Positions 1-9,900 of a stretch of 64,000 bases of DNA are shown here, in pieces. The position numbers and the translations under genes are program-made. This stretch comes from an uncultured Acidimicrobiaceae bacterium (GTDB taxonomy: Bacteria > Actinomycetota > Acidimicrobiia > Acidimicrobiales > RAAP-2). The stretch spans positions 225,931 through 289,930 of the forward strand of contig CAWJGN010000003.1 in NCBI GenBank assembly GCA_963842415.1, given 5' to 3'. The first letter of the stretch is position 1. Each line of letters starts with the position of its first letter. Under the pieces are notes generated by a model, which saw only the letters and a list, made by a program, of their open reading frames with translations, ran no database searches and was not told the origin of the DNA.

Positions 1-258
1 TGCTGCACCGAGGTCTGCCCCGAGCACATCAAGATCACCGACAACGGCATCATCCCGATGAAGGAGCGGGTGGTCGACGCGCGCTACGACCCGGTGGCCT
101 GGCTCGGGCGCAAGATCCTCGGGCGCTCCAAGACAACGGCCGCCGAGAGCACGGCAGAGTCCGCCATCGCCGCCGCCGGCGACGGGTCCCCGATCAGGAC
201 CGCGCCTGACCTCGCGGCCAACGAGGTCGTTGCCACCGAAGGGACAGGCGCCGGCTGA
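1..258 (+). CDS. sdhB: succinate dehydrogenase/fumarate reductase iron-sulfur subunit, C-terminal end (5' part outside window)
   Basis: Frame 1 is open from base 1 and reads CCTEVCPEHIKITDNGIIPMKERVVDARYDP. The CxxxCP cluster-ligand segment is typical of SdhB/FrdB C-termini. GC3-rich; TGA at 256-258. Confidence 0.6.
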   Translation, partial: CCTEVCPEHIKITDNGIIPMKERVVDARYDPVAWLGRKILGRSKTTAAESTAESAIAAAGDGSPIRTAPDLAANEVVATEGTGAG

Positions 259-334
259 GCGGTCGCACCCCGGGCACGTCCCGCTGCCCCGCCTGACGCC
301 TCACACACGACGCCGCGCCACACTTGTACCCGCC

Positions 335-790
335 ATGGCCCGCTACCTCTCGCCCGAATGGGTGCAGTCCTTCGACGCCGCGCTCGGCGCGCTCGACCTG
401 AGCGACGCCGTCGCCGTCGCGGGCGCGAGCTCGCTCGCCGCGGCGGGCGGCACCTTCAGCATCGTGCAGGTCGTCACCGGCGTGCCGGCGGACGTGCGTG
501 GCCCGAGCTCCGGCGACGACGTGCACGTCGTGCTCTCGGTGGCCGACGGGCGGGCTCATCTGGCGCTCGACCCCGCCGGCGAGCGCGCCGGCACGGCGAC
601 TATCGTCCTCGGCTACTCCGAGGCGCTCGCCATGGCCCGCGGTGAGCTCGACCCGGCCGACGCGCTGGCGGCGGGACGGGTCCGGGTGCGCGGTGACCTG
701 GCGGCCCTGGTGGCAGGACAGGACGTGCTGGCCGCCGCCGCGGCGCGCCTCGGCGCGACGCTCGACGGGCTCACCGACCCGGCCGCCTGA
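335..790 (+). CDS. SCP2 sterol-binding domain protein
   Basis: ORF 230..790; the internal ATG at 335 (MARYLSPEWVQSFDAAL) was used. The C-terminal GELDPADALAAGRVRVRGDLAAL is SCP2-like. GC3-rich. Confidence 0.65.
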   Translation: MARYLSPEWVQSFDAALGALDLSDAVAVAGASSLAAAGGTFSIVQVVTGVPADVRGPSSGDDVHVVLSVADGRAHLALDPAGERAGTATIVLGYSEALAMARGELDPADALAAGRVRVRGDLAALVAGQDVLAAAAARLGATLDGLTDPAA

Positions 791-798
791 GCCACCGC

Positions 799-1617
799 GT
801 GGCGCGCTCCCCCTTCGCCGCATCGGGCCGTCCCCCCGACTTCGGCGGGCGCTACCGGGGCTCGGTGGCGGTCGTCACCGGCGCCTCGGCCGGTCTTGGC
901 GCGCAGCTCTGCCGGGACCTGGCCCGCGCCGGCGCCACCGTCGTCGGGCTGGCTCGCCACACGGGCCGCCTCGAGGCCCTGACGGCCCAGCTGCGCGTGC
1001 ACTCCCCCGCGTCGACCACCATCACCTGCGACGTCGCCGACACGGCCGCCCTGCGCCGCGCCCTCGACGAGGTGGTGTCCACGGTCGGTTCCATCGATCT
1101 GCTGATCAACAACGCCGCCCAGGACCCGGGCGTGCGCCTGGTCGACATCGCCGAGGGCGACTACCGCCACACCTTCGACGTCAACTTCTTCGCCCCCGTC
1201 GCCGCCACCCTGGCGGTGATGCCCGCCATGGTCGAGCGCGGCCGCGGGGTGATCGTCAACGTCTCCTCCGACGGTGGCCGCCTGCCCTCGCCGGGGCCGG
1301 GCGCCTACCCGTCGTCCAAAGCGGCGCTCTCGGCCTTCACCGAGTCCACGTCGTTCCGCCTCGGTCCGAAGGGTGTCCACCTCCACGTCGTCTACCCCGC
1401 CTTCATGGCGACCGAGCTCGGCCTGCGTGCGCTCAGCCGGGGTCTGCGGCCTCCGCCCCGCCTCATGCGGCGCAGCGTGCCGAGCGTGTCGCGCCGCATC
1501 TTGGCCCGGGCCGGCGGTCCGTCCCTCGAGATCAGCGTGTCGGGCCTCATCGACGCCGCCATGGTCTTCCGGGCCGTCGCACCCCGGGCGTACCACCGCC
1601 TGCGCCGCAACTGGTAG
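799..1617 (+). CDS. short-chain dehydrogenase/reductase (SDR)
   Basis: VAVVTGASAGLG (TGxxxGxG), NNAA and YPSSKAAL (YxxxK) motifs; GTG start. Confidence 0.85.
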   Translation: MARSPFAASGRPPDFGGRYRGSVAVVTGASAGLGAQLCRDLARAGATVVGLARHTGRLEALTAQLRVHSPASTTITCDVADTAALRRALDEVVSTVGSIDLLINNAAQDPGVRLVDIAEGDYRHTFDVNFFAPVAATLAVMPAMVERGRGVIVNVSSDGGRLPSPGPGAYPSSKAALSAFTESTSFRLGPKGVHLHVVYPAFMATELGLRALSRGLRPPPRLMRRSVPSVSRRILARAGGPSLEISVSGLIDAAMVFRAVAPRAYHRLRRNW

Positions 1618-1821
1618 GGCTGGAGCTGGTCCGGGCCACTGCGTGTGTCCCGCCGGGGAACCGGCCCGGAAGAATTGTCGGGGCGTTGTCCTTTGGGCCT
1701 CCGACCAGGCCCTGTATTGCGATGTTGTTGCAGTGCGGGTGACAGCCGGGCGAACTATGCGTGACGGCAGTATCGTTTCGGAACCGGCTCGCGGAGGTCG
1801 GGCCGCGGTAGGAGGGACGAC

Positions 1822-2034
1822 GTGCATCAGCCGATCGACGACCACTTCCTGTTGAAGTACCGAGCCCTGCTGGACGCCGAAGACCTGGCGTTCGACGAGC
1901 TCGAGCATGCGTGCGAGGAAGGTAACCGCATGCAGTTCGACAAAGACATGGTCGATTGGCAGGTTGCCGTCGAGCACAAGCTCGTGTTCTTGGCCAACGC
2001 GGGGATCGAGTTGAAGTTGCCCGTCTTGGGCTGA
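1822..2034 (+). CDS. small hypothetical protein (70 aa)
   Basis: GTG start with AGGAGGG about 6 nt upstream; GC3-rich frame; no family recognised. Confidence 0.5.
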   Translation: MHQPIDDHFLLKYRALLDAEDLAFDELEHACEEGNRMQFDKDMVDWQVAVEHKLVFLANAGIELKLPVLG

Positions 2035-2139
2035 TCCTGGTGTCGGGACAACTCTTCGGTCCCGGCGTCCGTCTTCTGAGGCGGCGGGGCGACACGTAGG
2101 GTCCTGGCGCGCCCGGCCCGAGGCGACCAGGATGGTGAC

Positions 2140-2415
2140 ATGGCGAAGTCCGAGAAGGGCCACAGCCCGAGCCAGCTCGAGGCGAACGGGACGCAGGCGC
2201 CGAGGGAGCAGACGCGCGGGATCAACGCTCCCTCCAGCCGAGTGAACGTGGCGTTCCCCTTCTCGCAGATCAAGCTGCACGAGCCCTCCAAGGAGCTGGC
2301 CGAGCTGGCCGCGCTCGTCTTGGACCTCGTCACCGCCATGAGCGAATGGCTGCCCGAGGACCGGCTCGAGGAGCTGCGGACGCGGGCCCAGGCGCTCCAC
2401 GAGAGCCTGCGTTAG
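2140..2415 (+). CDS. small hypothetical protein (91 aa)
   Basis: ATG start; very GC3-rich frame; helical C-terminus (ELAELAALVLDLVTAMSEWLPEDRLEELRTRAQAL); no family recognised. Confidence 0.55.
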   Translation: MAKSEKGHSPSQLEANGTQAPREQTRGINAPSSRVNVAFPFSQIKLHEPSKELAELAALVLDLVTAMSEWLPEDRLEELRTRAQALHESLR

Positions 2416-2867
2416 ACGCCCGCGGCGCCCGGCATCGAGGACGGTCTCGGGCGTGTCGCCAGTTGTCGGAGCGCTCACCCTTGCGAGACCACTGCATCAG
2501 GCCGGTCGATGTGGTCCCGGCCTTTTCCTCTCGACGCCTGGCGAAGCCTTCGCCGGAGGCAGGCCGAGACATGAGAAGCGCGCCACAGAACCTGGAGCGC
2601 CGGCACAAGATGGGAGCTTCGTACTTCCGTCCGGCCGGCCCAAGCCTGTCGGTCCCCGGGATACGTGTTGCTGAGTGGGGAACTGACGCACGAATCTCGA
2701 CGATCGCCCGTCATCGCGCCGCACAGCGACGCCGGTACTCGGGATTCTCGAAGACGGTCTCGGGCACGACAACCATCGGGCGTCACGGCGGGAATACAAA
2801 TTCGATTTTCGCCTGACAGCGTGCTCGTTTTACACTTTACGGGCACGCCACCGTAATTGGAGAAGGC

Positions 2868-3617
2868 ATGAGCGGTGCCATGAATCGTATGCAGACTAGA
2901 ATCACGATCAGGCGCAAGCGTCTCAGGAGGTCGTTCAGGCGAACAGTTAGACGAACTCGCCGCCGCTTCGATCATCGGCCCGTTGCACATTTTTTGCACA
3001 TCGGCAAAACGGCAGGAACGGCCATGAGGACGCCTCTCATGGAAGTTCAATACAAGACGGCCTTCCGAATGATTCTTCATAACCACAATTGGCACCTTGA
3101 TTCCGTTCCAGTAGGAGAGAAATTCTTCTTCTGCGTCCGGGATCCAGTTGATCGATTCGTAAGTGCCTTTGTTGCCCGGCAACGCCTCGATCAACCTCGT
3201 TGGCTCATTCCCTGGTTGGAAGGAGAAAAAAGGGCCTATGAGCAATTCAGTTCGCCGGAAGAACTGGCAATCTCCCTCAGTGCCGGCGGAGAGCTTCAGA
3301 CAGCTGCTGAGGATGCAATGCGCAGTATTCAACATGTGAGGGCTTCCTATTGGGATTGGTTCATTGATCCCGCATATTTCTTGTCTCGTAAGGATGATCT
3401 TCTTTGGATCGGCCGGCAAGAAGCACTTGATGTTGCTGGCCTCGCTCACACGTTGGGAGTCAAAGACCTCACGATGCCTGACGACCCCATCACAGCGAAT
3501 CGAACGACCAGTCCCAAGCCGGAACTTTCCCCTCTTGCCCGGCAGAATCTTAAGCATTGGTACTCAAAGGACTATGAGTTTTTGGATCTTTGCAACGAGC
3601 TGTTCGCGGTGTCCTGA
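2868..3617 (+). CDS. sulfotransferase family protein (Sulfotransfer_2-like)
   Basis: HIGKTAGT (5'-PSB-like loop) and VRDPVDRFVS (3'-PB-like). GGAGAAGG lies before ATG 2868. The gene sits in an AT-richer stretch (45% GC counted for 3061-3120). Confidence 0.72.
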   Translation: MSGAMNRMQTRITIRRKRLRRSFRRTVRRTRRRFDHRPVAHFLHIGKTAGTAMRTPLMEVQYKTAFRMILHNHNWHLDSVPVGEKFFFCVRDPVDRFVSAFVARQRLDQPRWLIPWLEGEKRAYEQFSSPEELAISLSAGGELQTAAEDAMRSIQHVRASYWDWFIDPAYFLSRKDDLLWIGRQEALDVAGLAHTLGVKDLTMPDDPITANRTTSPKPELSPLARQNLKHWYSKDYEFLDLCNELFAVS

Positions 3618-3753
3618 ACTCAGTATTCCAATCCGCCGCCGCCACACGAAACCTTCGTCCGTCCGATGCACGTCTCCGATTCTGCACGCTCCCGCGGCGT
3701 GGGTGGAGGCCGATGTCACCGGAGGCTCGAATTCCGAATTACATCGTGACCTG

Positions 3754-4467
3754 TCAAATGGCGCGATGCGGACGCCGTACCCTCTGCGTCACTCTCCGCG
3801 CAAACGACAATCTCGGTCGCAAAGGAGGGACCAGGGCGCTCTTCACCGTGGTGTCTACGTACGTGCCCGTCGTGTCATTGAATGAGAAGCCAGAGGATCG
3901 TTCGATGAGGAACTGGCGGCCTGGTAGTGCCACGATCGGCGCATCCATCGCCTCAGCAAAGTACACGGCATAAGGAAAAATGAAGGTTGGTTCAAACTGC
4001 TCTTGGTGCTGCCAGACCGATGAACAAAAGTCGTCGCCCCCAATGAATCCACCGGGGCGCACCTTTGGCCAGACCCGCATGAGATCGATCGTGATGCCCC
4101 GGAGCGTATGGTCCCCGTCTATGTAGGCGAAGTCCAGGGATTCGTCGGGAATGGACTGGATGACGTCGCTGGTGCGACCACGAAGAATTACTCGCTTTGA
4201 CTCCCAGCGGCTCGTGCGGCGAAGGGCTTCTGCGAAAATCTCCTCAAAGCGGGCTTCCGCCACGTTCGCTGGTTTGTTCCAGTCATCGAGGTGTCGCCAG
4301 GGGTCGATCAAGTAGTAGGTGACGATGTCGGGACAGTTCGTGAGTAAGCTCTCCGCCAATTGACCCTTGAAAACCCCAACTTCCGCAACTCTCCTCAGCC
4401 TGTGTCGAGTGAGGAACTCAGTCCAGATCTCCAACCGAGAGCCCTGTACGACCGCTAGCTCGCTCAC
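3754..4467 (-). CDS. class I SAM-dependent methyltransferase (TylF/Methyltransf_24-like)
   Basis: VAEVGVFKGQ, FAYIDGDH and RPGGFIGGDDF motifs; GTG start 4467; AT-richer than the flanks. Confidence 0.72.
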   Translation of the reverse strand: MSELAVVQGSRLEIWTEFLTRHRLRRVAEVGVFKGQLAESLLTNCPDIVTYYLIDPWRHLDDWNKPANVAEARFEEIFAEALRRTSRWESKRVILRGRTSDVIQSIPDESLDFAYIDGDHTLRGITIDLMRVWPKVRPGGFIGGDDFCSSVWQHQEQFEPTFIFPYAVYFAEAMDAPIVALPGRQFLIERSSGFSFNDTTGTYVDTTVKSALVPPLRPRLSFARRVTQRVRRPHRAI

Positions 4468-5012
4468 GTGTCTACCCTACGCTGCCGCTGCGGTCGTCTC
4501 TGGGCGGAGGTCCCTGACGAGCGGTTTACCCTGCCCGACGACACGGACCCTGACGACGTGCTCAGGAAGCTCCTGGAGCGAGGCGAGGACGAGGTCACAG
4601 ACGAGCCAGAAGAGGAACCCGAGTCCGAGTAGGGGCGGGTCTTGGTGTTCATGCGGGCTGGGTTGCCACCGACGTAGGTTTCGTCCGAAACGATGGTGCC
4701 GCGCAAGGTGGAAACGAGCTTGTTTTCGCTGCCCATCGCCTGACGGATGCGGTGGAGCATGTGCCATGCCGTGCGCGGAGTCACTCCGTACTTCCGCTCG
4801 AGCTCGCGGACAGACATTCCGTTCTTGTCCGCCATCATGTCGAAGAAGACCAGTATCCAGGTGCGGATCGGAATCTTGGTCGCGTGCAACATCGTCCCGG
4901 TCAGAACCGAGAACTGCTTTTTGTAGTCCCGGCACTTCCACACACGGCGCTCGCTCATGGTCCCAGCGGCGGTCCGGCGGCTCACGCCATTTGCGAGCGG
5001 CATCAGGTACAC
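4464..5012 (-). mobile_element. IS1595/ISXO2-like transposase remnant (N-terminal about 110 aa only, no DDE core)
   Basis: KCRDYKKQFSVLTGTMLHATKIPIRTWILVFFDMM...GMSVRELERKYGVTPRTAWHMLHRIRQAM...DETYVGG matches the HTH part and the first DDE-domain residues of IS1595 transposases. The rest of the ORF is Ser/Arg-rich non-homologous tail. No terminal inverted repeats seen. Confidence 0.6.
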
Positions 5013-5232
5013 GTCAGTACCTCAACAGTGGGAGCGACGGGACGTCTGACGCCAGCGCAACCCCTCAAGGTGCGGGTGGGTGTCGGCCTCGGTGATGATC
5101 TCTCGGCTGAGGCTTGCGATGGTGGTGCGGGCAACCGTGCTCATACCCGTATTGGAGCAACCGGGTGTGACGAGCGAACAGGCGTTCGTCCAGGTCAACG
5201 GGGCAATCTGTGGGGGGAGTAGCGTCACCGTG

Positions 5233-5916
5233 ATGGCATCAGTGGAGGGTGCAAAGAGGCGGGTGTCTGCGCGCGTATTCAAGGTGATCCGGCCGTACAT
5301 CGCTCAGGGCACCATCCGAAAATGCGTCGACGACGACTTCTACGCCCCGCGCTACGTCGAGAGCTACGGCAGCTTCACGAGGCGAGCCGACATCTCCACG
5401 CGCGGGATCGGTGGTCTCGAAAAGCCGTCCAGCCACATCCGACGCGAGATTGTCCAGTTCGTGAACCAAGCCAACGCGGAGCGACCGATCACACGGCTCC
5501 TTCTCCCCGGAGAGCCGAAGGCTGTCGTGCCGGCGTATGCAGATTGGCTGAAGATCGACCGCAATCAGATCGTGACCGCGGGTCTCGACGAAGGCGCCGA
5601 CTTCGACTGGAACTACGAGAACGACCCGCCGCCCGGTATGGGGACCTACTCGCTCATCGTGTCCCAGGCGATGCTCGAACACCTCATCGACCCCTACAAG
5701 CACGTCAGGGATCTGTACGCACTCCTCGACGAGCATGGAGATTTGATCCTGCACACCGTCACACCGGGCTACCCCTACCACCGCGTCCCCATCGACAGCG
5801 TGCGGTTCTTCCCCGACTGGTTCGAGAGCGTGGCCGAGCGGATCGGGGCCGAGGTGAGGGGCAAGTTCATCGGGGACCGGCGCATCATGTACCGCCTCAC
5901 GCGACCTGGTAAATGA
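5233..5916 (+). CDS. hypothetical protein, methyltransferase-fold-like C-terminus
   Basis: ORF 5080..5916; internal ATG 5233 used. SLIVSQAMLEHLIDPYKHVRDLYALLDEHGDLILHT resembles the post-motif-I region of Methyltransf_11 proteins, but no clear GxGxG was seen. Confidence 0.4.
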   Translation: MASVEGAKRRVSARVFKVIRPYIAQGTIRKCVDDDFYAPRYVESYGSFTRRADISTRGIGGLEKPSSHIRREIVQFVNQANAERPITRLLLPGEPKAVVPAYADWLKIDRNQIVTAGLDEGADFDWNYENDPPPGMGTYSLIVSQAMLEHLIDPYKHVRDLYALLDEHGDLILHTVTPGYPYHRVPIDSVRFFPDWFESVAERIGAEVRGKFIGDRRIMYRLTRPGK

Positions 5917-6209
5917 CGACGTAGCCCGAGCCGCCTCAGAGCGAGCGCGGAGCAAGGGCGTCTCAACCAGGTATCACGTGCCGCCGCCATCGGGCGGCAA
6001 GACGTCGTGGAGGTTCAACTCTCCTCCTTCCGGCATGGACTTCCACCGTAGGCCCCCCCGGGGGGGCGTCGATAGGGGAGTGTTCCCTATGCGGACTTAT
6101 CGTCCGACCCCATTTTGCTCCTCTGGCCTGGCCGTTTTTTTGCGAACACATCCTCCTCTTTTGGCTTCGAGTCGATCGATGCCGCCGCGCTTGACGTCTC
6201 TCGAGGCCG

Positions 6210-6912
6210 TCAGGCGAGCCCGATGCTCGCGGCCAGATCGCGGGCGATGGCCGCGAAGAGCTCGCCCGGGTCGAGCACCGTGTTGCGCCAGTGCCCGAAG
6301 ACCTCGAGGTTGATGGCCCCGACGATGGTCGTCCAGGCCTCGAGCGCTCCTACCACGGTGTCCACCGGCATCTCGGGGAAGAGGGCCTCGCGCACCGGGA
6401 CCACAGCGGCGGCCAGCGCGGAGGACACCTCAGCGTGGTCCGCCGTCTCGAGTCGGCCCGCCGCCTCGGCCTCAACGAGGGGACGCACCAAGGCGGCTGC
6501 GATGCGCCGCGTAGGGCTGGGTGGTCTGCTCGGGCGCCTGATAGCCCGGCACCGGGGTCCCGAAGATCAGGCCCCACTCGTGCGGATGCGCCAGGGCCCA
6601 GGCACGCACGGCGCCCGGCACGACCATCCAGCGATCCGTGGCAGACACGCTGGTCTCCTGCGCCACGTCGGCGGCCCGCTCGGCCTCTTTGGCGAGCGAC
6701 TCGTAGGCATCGAGAATGAGGGCGCTCAGGAGGGCGTCGCGGCCGGCGTAATAGCGATACAGCGCGGACGGGGCCATTTCGAGGTCCCGTGCCACCGAAC
6801 GCAGGGAGAGCGAGGACGCACCCTCCTGAGACAGGTGGCGCCGGGCTACGGTCAGAATTTCGGCTGTCATCTCCTCCCGGACCCGCTCCCGGGCTGTGCG
6901 CGGCGCTGACAT
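6210..6912 (-). CDS. TetR family transcriptional regulator (WHG-type C-domain), one frame disruption near 6510
   Basis: The N-terminal ORF (ATG 6912) carries the HTH segment LSLRSVARDLEMAPSALYRYYAGRDALL. The C-terminal part (TRRIAAALVRPLVEAEAAGRLE...GHWRNTVLDPGELF) is in another frame (ORF 6210..6491). Confidence 0.8.
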
Positions 6913-6929
6913 GGTGATCAGTCTGGCTG

Positions 6930-6943
6930 TTCTGGATCGAGAA
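6930..6943. promoter_or_regulatory. imperfect 14-bp palindrome, candidate TetR operator in the divergent intergenic region
   Basis: TTCTGGATCGAGAA pairs at 6 of 7 positions. It lies between the TetR start (6912) and the DUF385 start (7020). Confidence 0.25.
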
Positions 6944-7019
6944 CACAAGTCCTTGACATGAATACTGTTCTCTTTTAAGATCGATGTTCATCACCACCCT
7001 GCCCAGCGAGGAGACACCC

Positions 7020-7490
7020 ATGAGCACGACCCCCACCACAGAGCACCCTGCCGCCCACTACAAGCGCCCTGACTGGTTCACCCGCAACGTCATGAACAAG
7101 TTGATGAGTGGGCTCACCCGCCTCGGCGTGAGTGTCCGGGGATCCCGGGTGCTCGAGCACCGGGGCCGGACGAGCGGCAAGCTCTTTCACACCCCGGTCA
7201 ACCTCCTGACGATCGAGGGCACCCAGTTCCTCGTCGCTCCCCGGGGCGAGACGCAGTGGGTGCGCAACGTGCGCAGCGCCGGGGGGCACCTCGTGCTGAT
7301 CCTGGGCCGGCACCGCCAGCTGTGCACCGCCACCGAGATCCCGCCCACCGAGGCCGTGCCGGTGCTGCGGGCGTATCTGCGCAAGTGGAAGTTCGAGACA
7401 GGCATGTTCTTCGACGGCGCGACGCCCGACTCGACCGACGCCGAGTGGGCCGAAGACGCTCTCCGGCACCCCGTCTTCGCCATCGCCTAG
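7020..7490 (+). CDS. nitroreductase-family deazaflavin (F420)-dependent oxidoreductase (DUF385-like)
   Basis: ATG 7020 is preceded by GAGGAG. LEHRGRTSGKLFHTPVNLL...LVAPRGETQWVRNVRSAGG resembles Ddn/DUF385 proteins. Divergent from TetR. Confidence 0.62.
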   Translation: MSTTPTTEHPAAHYKRPDWFTRNVMNKLMSGLTRLGVSVRGSRVLEHRGRTSGKLFHTPVNLLTIEGTQFLVAPRGETQWVRNVRSAGGHLVLILGRHRQLCTATEIPPTEAVPVLRAYLRKWKFETGMFFDGATPDSTDAEWAEDALRHPVFAIA

Positions 7491-7503
7491 GCCGGCGGGG
7501 CAT

Positions 7504-8347
7504 CATGACCGCGATGGCGAACCCCGAGACCGCCCCGCCGGACTCCCCGACCGACGCGCAACTTGCCCAGCGCAACCTCATCGCCTTCAACCGCGCGCTC
7601 ACACGCTGGGGCAGCCGGGGTCAGCTCGAGGAGGACGGCGGGGCGGTGCTCTGCGCCGGCGGGACCTGGATCCCGGTGGTGGCCAATGCGGCCTTCCGCT
7701 CCGACGACACCCTTGACGGCGCCGAGCTGCTCGCACGGGCGGACTCCTTCTTCGGCGGGCTCGCCCGCGGCTTCGCCGTCAAGGTGCGCGACAGCGGCGA
7801 GGACGAGGACCTCCGCGCCGCCTGCGTCGCCGCTGGGCTCGCGCCCTTCGGCGAGGCCACGCCCGAGATGATCTGCGCGTCGCCGCTCCCCGAGCTCGCG
7901 CCGGCGGCTGGGGTGACGACGCGCTGGATCGACGACGAGGCAGGCGTCGTCGACTTCCTCGCGGTCAACGCCGAGGCCTACGGGACCTACGGCATGCCGG
8001 GCGAGGTGCTCGGCGATCTCTTCGACCAGACGGCAGAGCTGATCTCCGACGCCACAGCACACGTGGTCGTCGCGCGCCGCGACGGCGAGGCGGTGGCGAC
8101 GGCCATGACCTTCGAGAGCGACGGTGTGGCGAGCCTGCAGTGGGTCGGCACGGTCCCGGCGGCCAGAGGCGCCGGGCTGGGTGCGTACCTCACCACGCTC
8201 GCCACCAACCTGGCCTTCGAACGCGGTGCGTCGTCGTGCACGCTGCAGGCCTCACCGATGGGGGCACCGATCTACCGCGACCTCGGCTACGAGACCATCT
8301 GGCACTACGCCGAGTACGTGCGCTGGCCGCGCCCGCCGGCGCGCTAA
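7504..8347 (+). CDS. GNAT family N-acetyltransferase
   Basis: ATG 7504 inside ORF 7256..8347. VPAARGAGLGAYLTTLATNLAFERG (acetyl-CoA loop) and PIYRDLGYE. Confidence 0.72.
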
Positions 8348-8389
8348 GTCCGGCGTTGGCGCTGCCCTTCCGCACGCGGTCGCCCTCGC

Positions 8390-8897
8390 TCAGAAGCCGA
8401 GCTGCCCTCGTGCGTAGGCGGCCTGCCCGAGGTGTTGGAGGCCGTCGTCGGCCACGCTGATGAGGCGCACGCCGAGGGAGACCGGCGGGTCCCAGCGGCG
8501 GTCGACCACCCGGTCGAGCTCGTCGGGATCGAGGGTCTCGAAGATAGCCACGCGTGCGAGCGTCCACCTCGCCCAGATAGCCGAGGAGCACGTCAACGCT
8601 CTCGGGCCGAACGGCGGTGACGTCTCCGGGTCGGTGGCCGTAGCCGGTGTTGTTGGGATCGGGCTCGAGCCCGCAGCGTCGCGCCCAGTCGCCGCCGGTC
8701 CAGATCTGCGGGGTGTCGAGCAGCTCGGCCACGTGGTGGTCCTGCACGCGTGCCGTGTGCCAGACGAGCCAGCCGATGGTGTTGGAACCGGGTGTTGGCG
8801 GCTGAGCGAGCTGGTCCGGGCTGAGGCCGTTCAGCGCAGCGCCGGCGAGGGGCGGGATCCGACCGTAGAGGTCGAGCAGCAGCTGGGAGACGTCCAT
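8390..8897 (-). CDS. DinB/mycothiol-transferase-like protein, one 1-nt frame disruption near 8553
   Basis: N-terminal part: NTIGWLVWHTARVQDHHV. The C-terminal part (ETLDPDELDRVVDRRWDPPVSLGVRLISVADDGLQHLGQAAYARG) is in the second frame. The junction reads ggc tat ctt c gag acc. Confidence 0.75.
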
Positions 8898-8933
8898 AGT
8901 GACTAGAGCGTAGGGACTCGGACGCCGGGCCGT

Positions 8934-9827
8934 TCAGGTTCCGCCGGCGATCTCCGCGTCGGGCGACTGGATGTCGTAGCGGGCCTTCGCGGTGTAGCCC
9001 ACCAGCACGACGACGACGCAGGTCAGTACGACCGCCGTCTGCCAGTCGCCGAGGCCGAGACCGCTGATGTCGTGGTCTTTGGAGATGTAGTCGGCAAACG
9101 AGGCCCCGACCGGCCGGGTGATCACGTAGGCGAACCAGAAGGAGAAGATGCTGTTCCAGCCAAGGAACTTCCAACCGATCAGCGGGATCAGGATGACGCC
9201 GCAGAAGAGGAGCGCCGAGGGGAGGTAGCCCAGCCCGAGGGTGGTGGCAGTGAAGTCGCCGACGGCGGTGCCGAGGCAGAAGGTAGCGAAGACAACGGCC
9301 CAGTAGAACTTCTCGCGCCGGCTGGTCGTGATGGAGTGGATGTCGAGCGTGTGCTCGCTGCGGTTCCACACGAAGAAGACGGCGGCCAGAACGACGAGCC
9401 AGAAGATCGTCGTCACCGCGTAGGGCATCCCCAGCAGCAAGTGCATCGTGTCGGCCACGCCGGTCCCAGCGGTGGCGATGGCCAGGGCGAGGAGCCAGTA
9501 CCGGACGGCGGTATAGCGGTGCGACGCGAACTGGAGCACGAGCGCCACTGCGAAGAAGGTGACCTCGACGACGGCTCCGAGGCCCCTGTTGTTCACAAAC
9601 GAGTCCGAGATCGCCTCGCCCGCCGCCGTCGTGGCGATCTTGATCGCCCAGAACAGCGCGGTGACTTCGGGCACCTTGGCCGCCAGTGGTTGCTGGCTGA
9701 ACACTCGGAGCAACGTGCGCACGCTGGTGTCGTCTCCTCGTCTGGGAACGGCGCTGGCGCCCCGATGGTAATCACCGGCTCCGTGCGCGCCGGGTGCGCC
9801 ATCCGAGCGCCCTCTCCCTGATGGCAT
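8934..9827 (-). CDS. COG4705-type membrane protein
   Basis: KVPEVTALFWAIKIATTAAGEAISD, RREKFYWAVVFATFCLGTAVGD and WFAYVITRPVGASFADY. Multi-TM. The true start may be the internal GTG near 9722. Confidence 0.7.
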   Translation of the reverse strand: MPSGRGRSDGAPGAHGAGDYHRGASAVPRRGDDTSVRTLLRVFSQQPLAAKVPEVTALFWAIKIATTAAGEAISDSFVNNRGLGAVVEVTFFAVALVLQFASHRYTAVRYWLLALAIATAGTGVADTMHLLLGMPYAVTTIFWLVVLAAVFFVWNRSEHTLDIHSITTSRREKFYWAVVFATFCLGTAVGDFTATTLGLGYLPSALLFCGVILIPLIGWKFLGWNSIFSFWFAYVITRPVGASFADYISKDHDISGLGLGDWQTAVVLTCVVVVLVGYTAKARYDIQSPDAEIAGGT

Positions 9828-9900
9828 GGCGTTTTTGATCGTTCGCGTCCGACTTCAGGATGAGCGGGAGGCGGACGAATTCATCCCTAAGGCGAAGGGC

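Noticed and set aside
613-2478. 621-aa minus-strand ORF, and similar long ORFs antisense to annotated genes (for example 2475..3557, 10433..12169, 13466..14581, 17338..18492, 36855..37940, 50567..51841).
   Set aside because: These are shadow ORFs typical of high-GC DNA. Their translations are Arg/Pro/Gly-rich with no motifs, and the opposite strand carries clear family signatures and GC3-rich frames.
6005-6035. tRNA-like T-arm motif (GGAGGTTCAACTCTCCTCC) near the IS remnant, a possible tRNA or att site.
   Set aside because: The flanking stem positions do not pair canonically (several mismatches for a 5-bp T-stem with a 7-nt loop). No acceptor or anticodon arms could be built around it.
6120-6145. 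T7 run (GGCCTGGCCGTTTTTTTGCG) as an intrinsic terminator.
   Set aside because: There is no usable stem before the T-run: only GGCC-T-GGCC, which cannot form a hairpin with a 1-nt loop.
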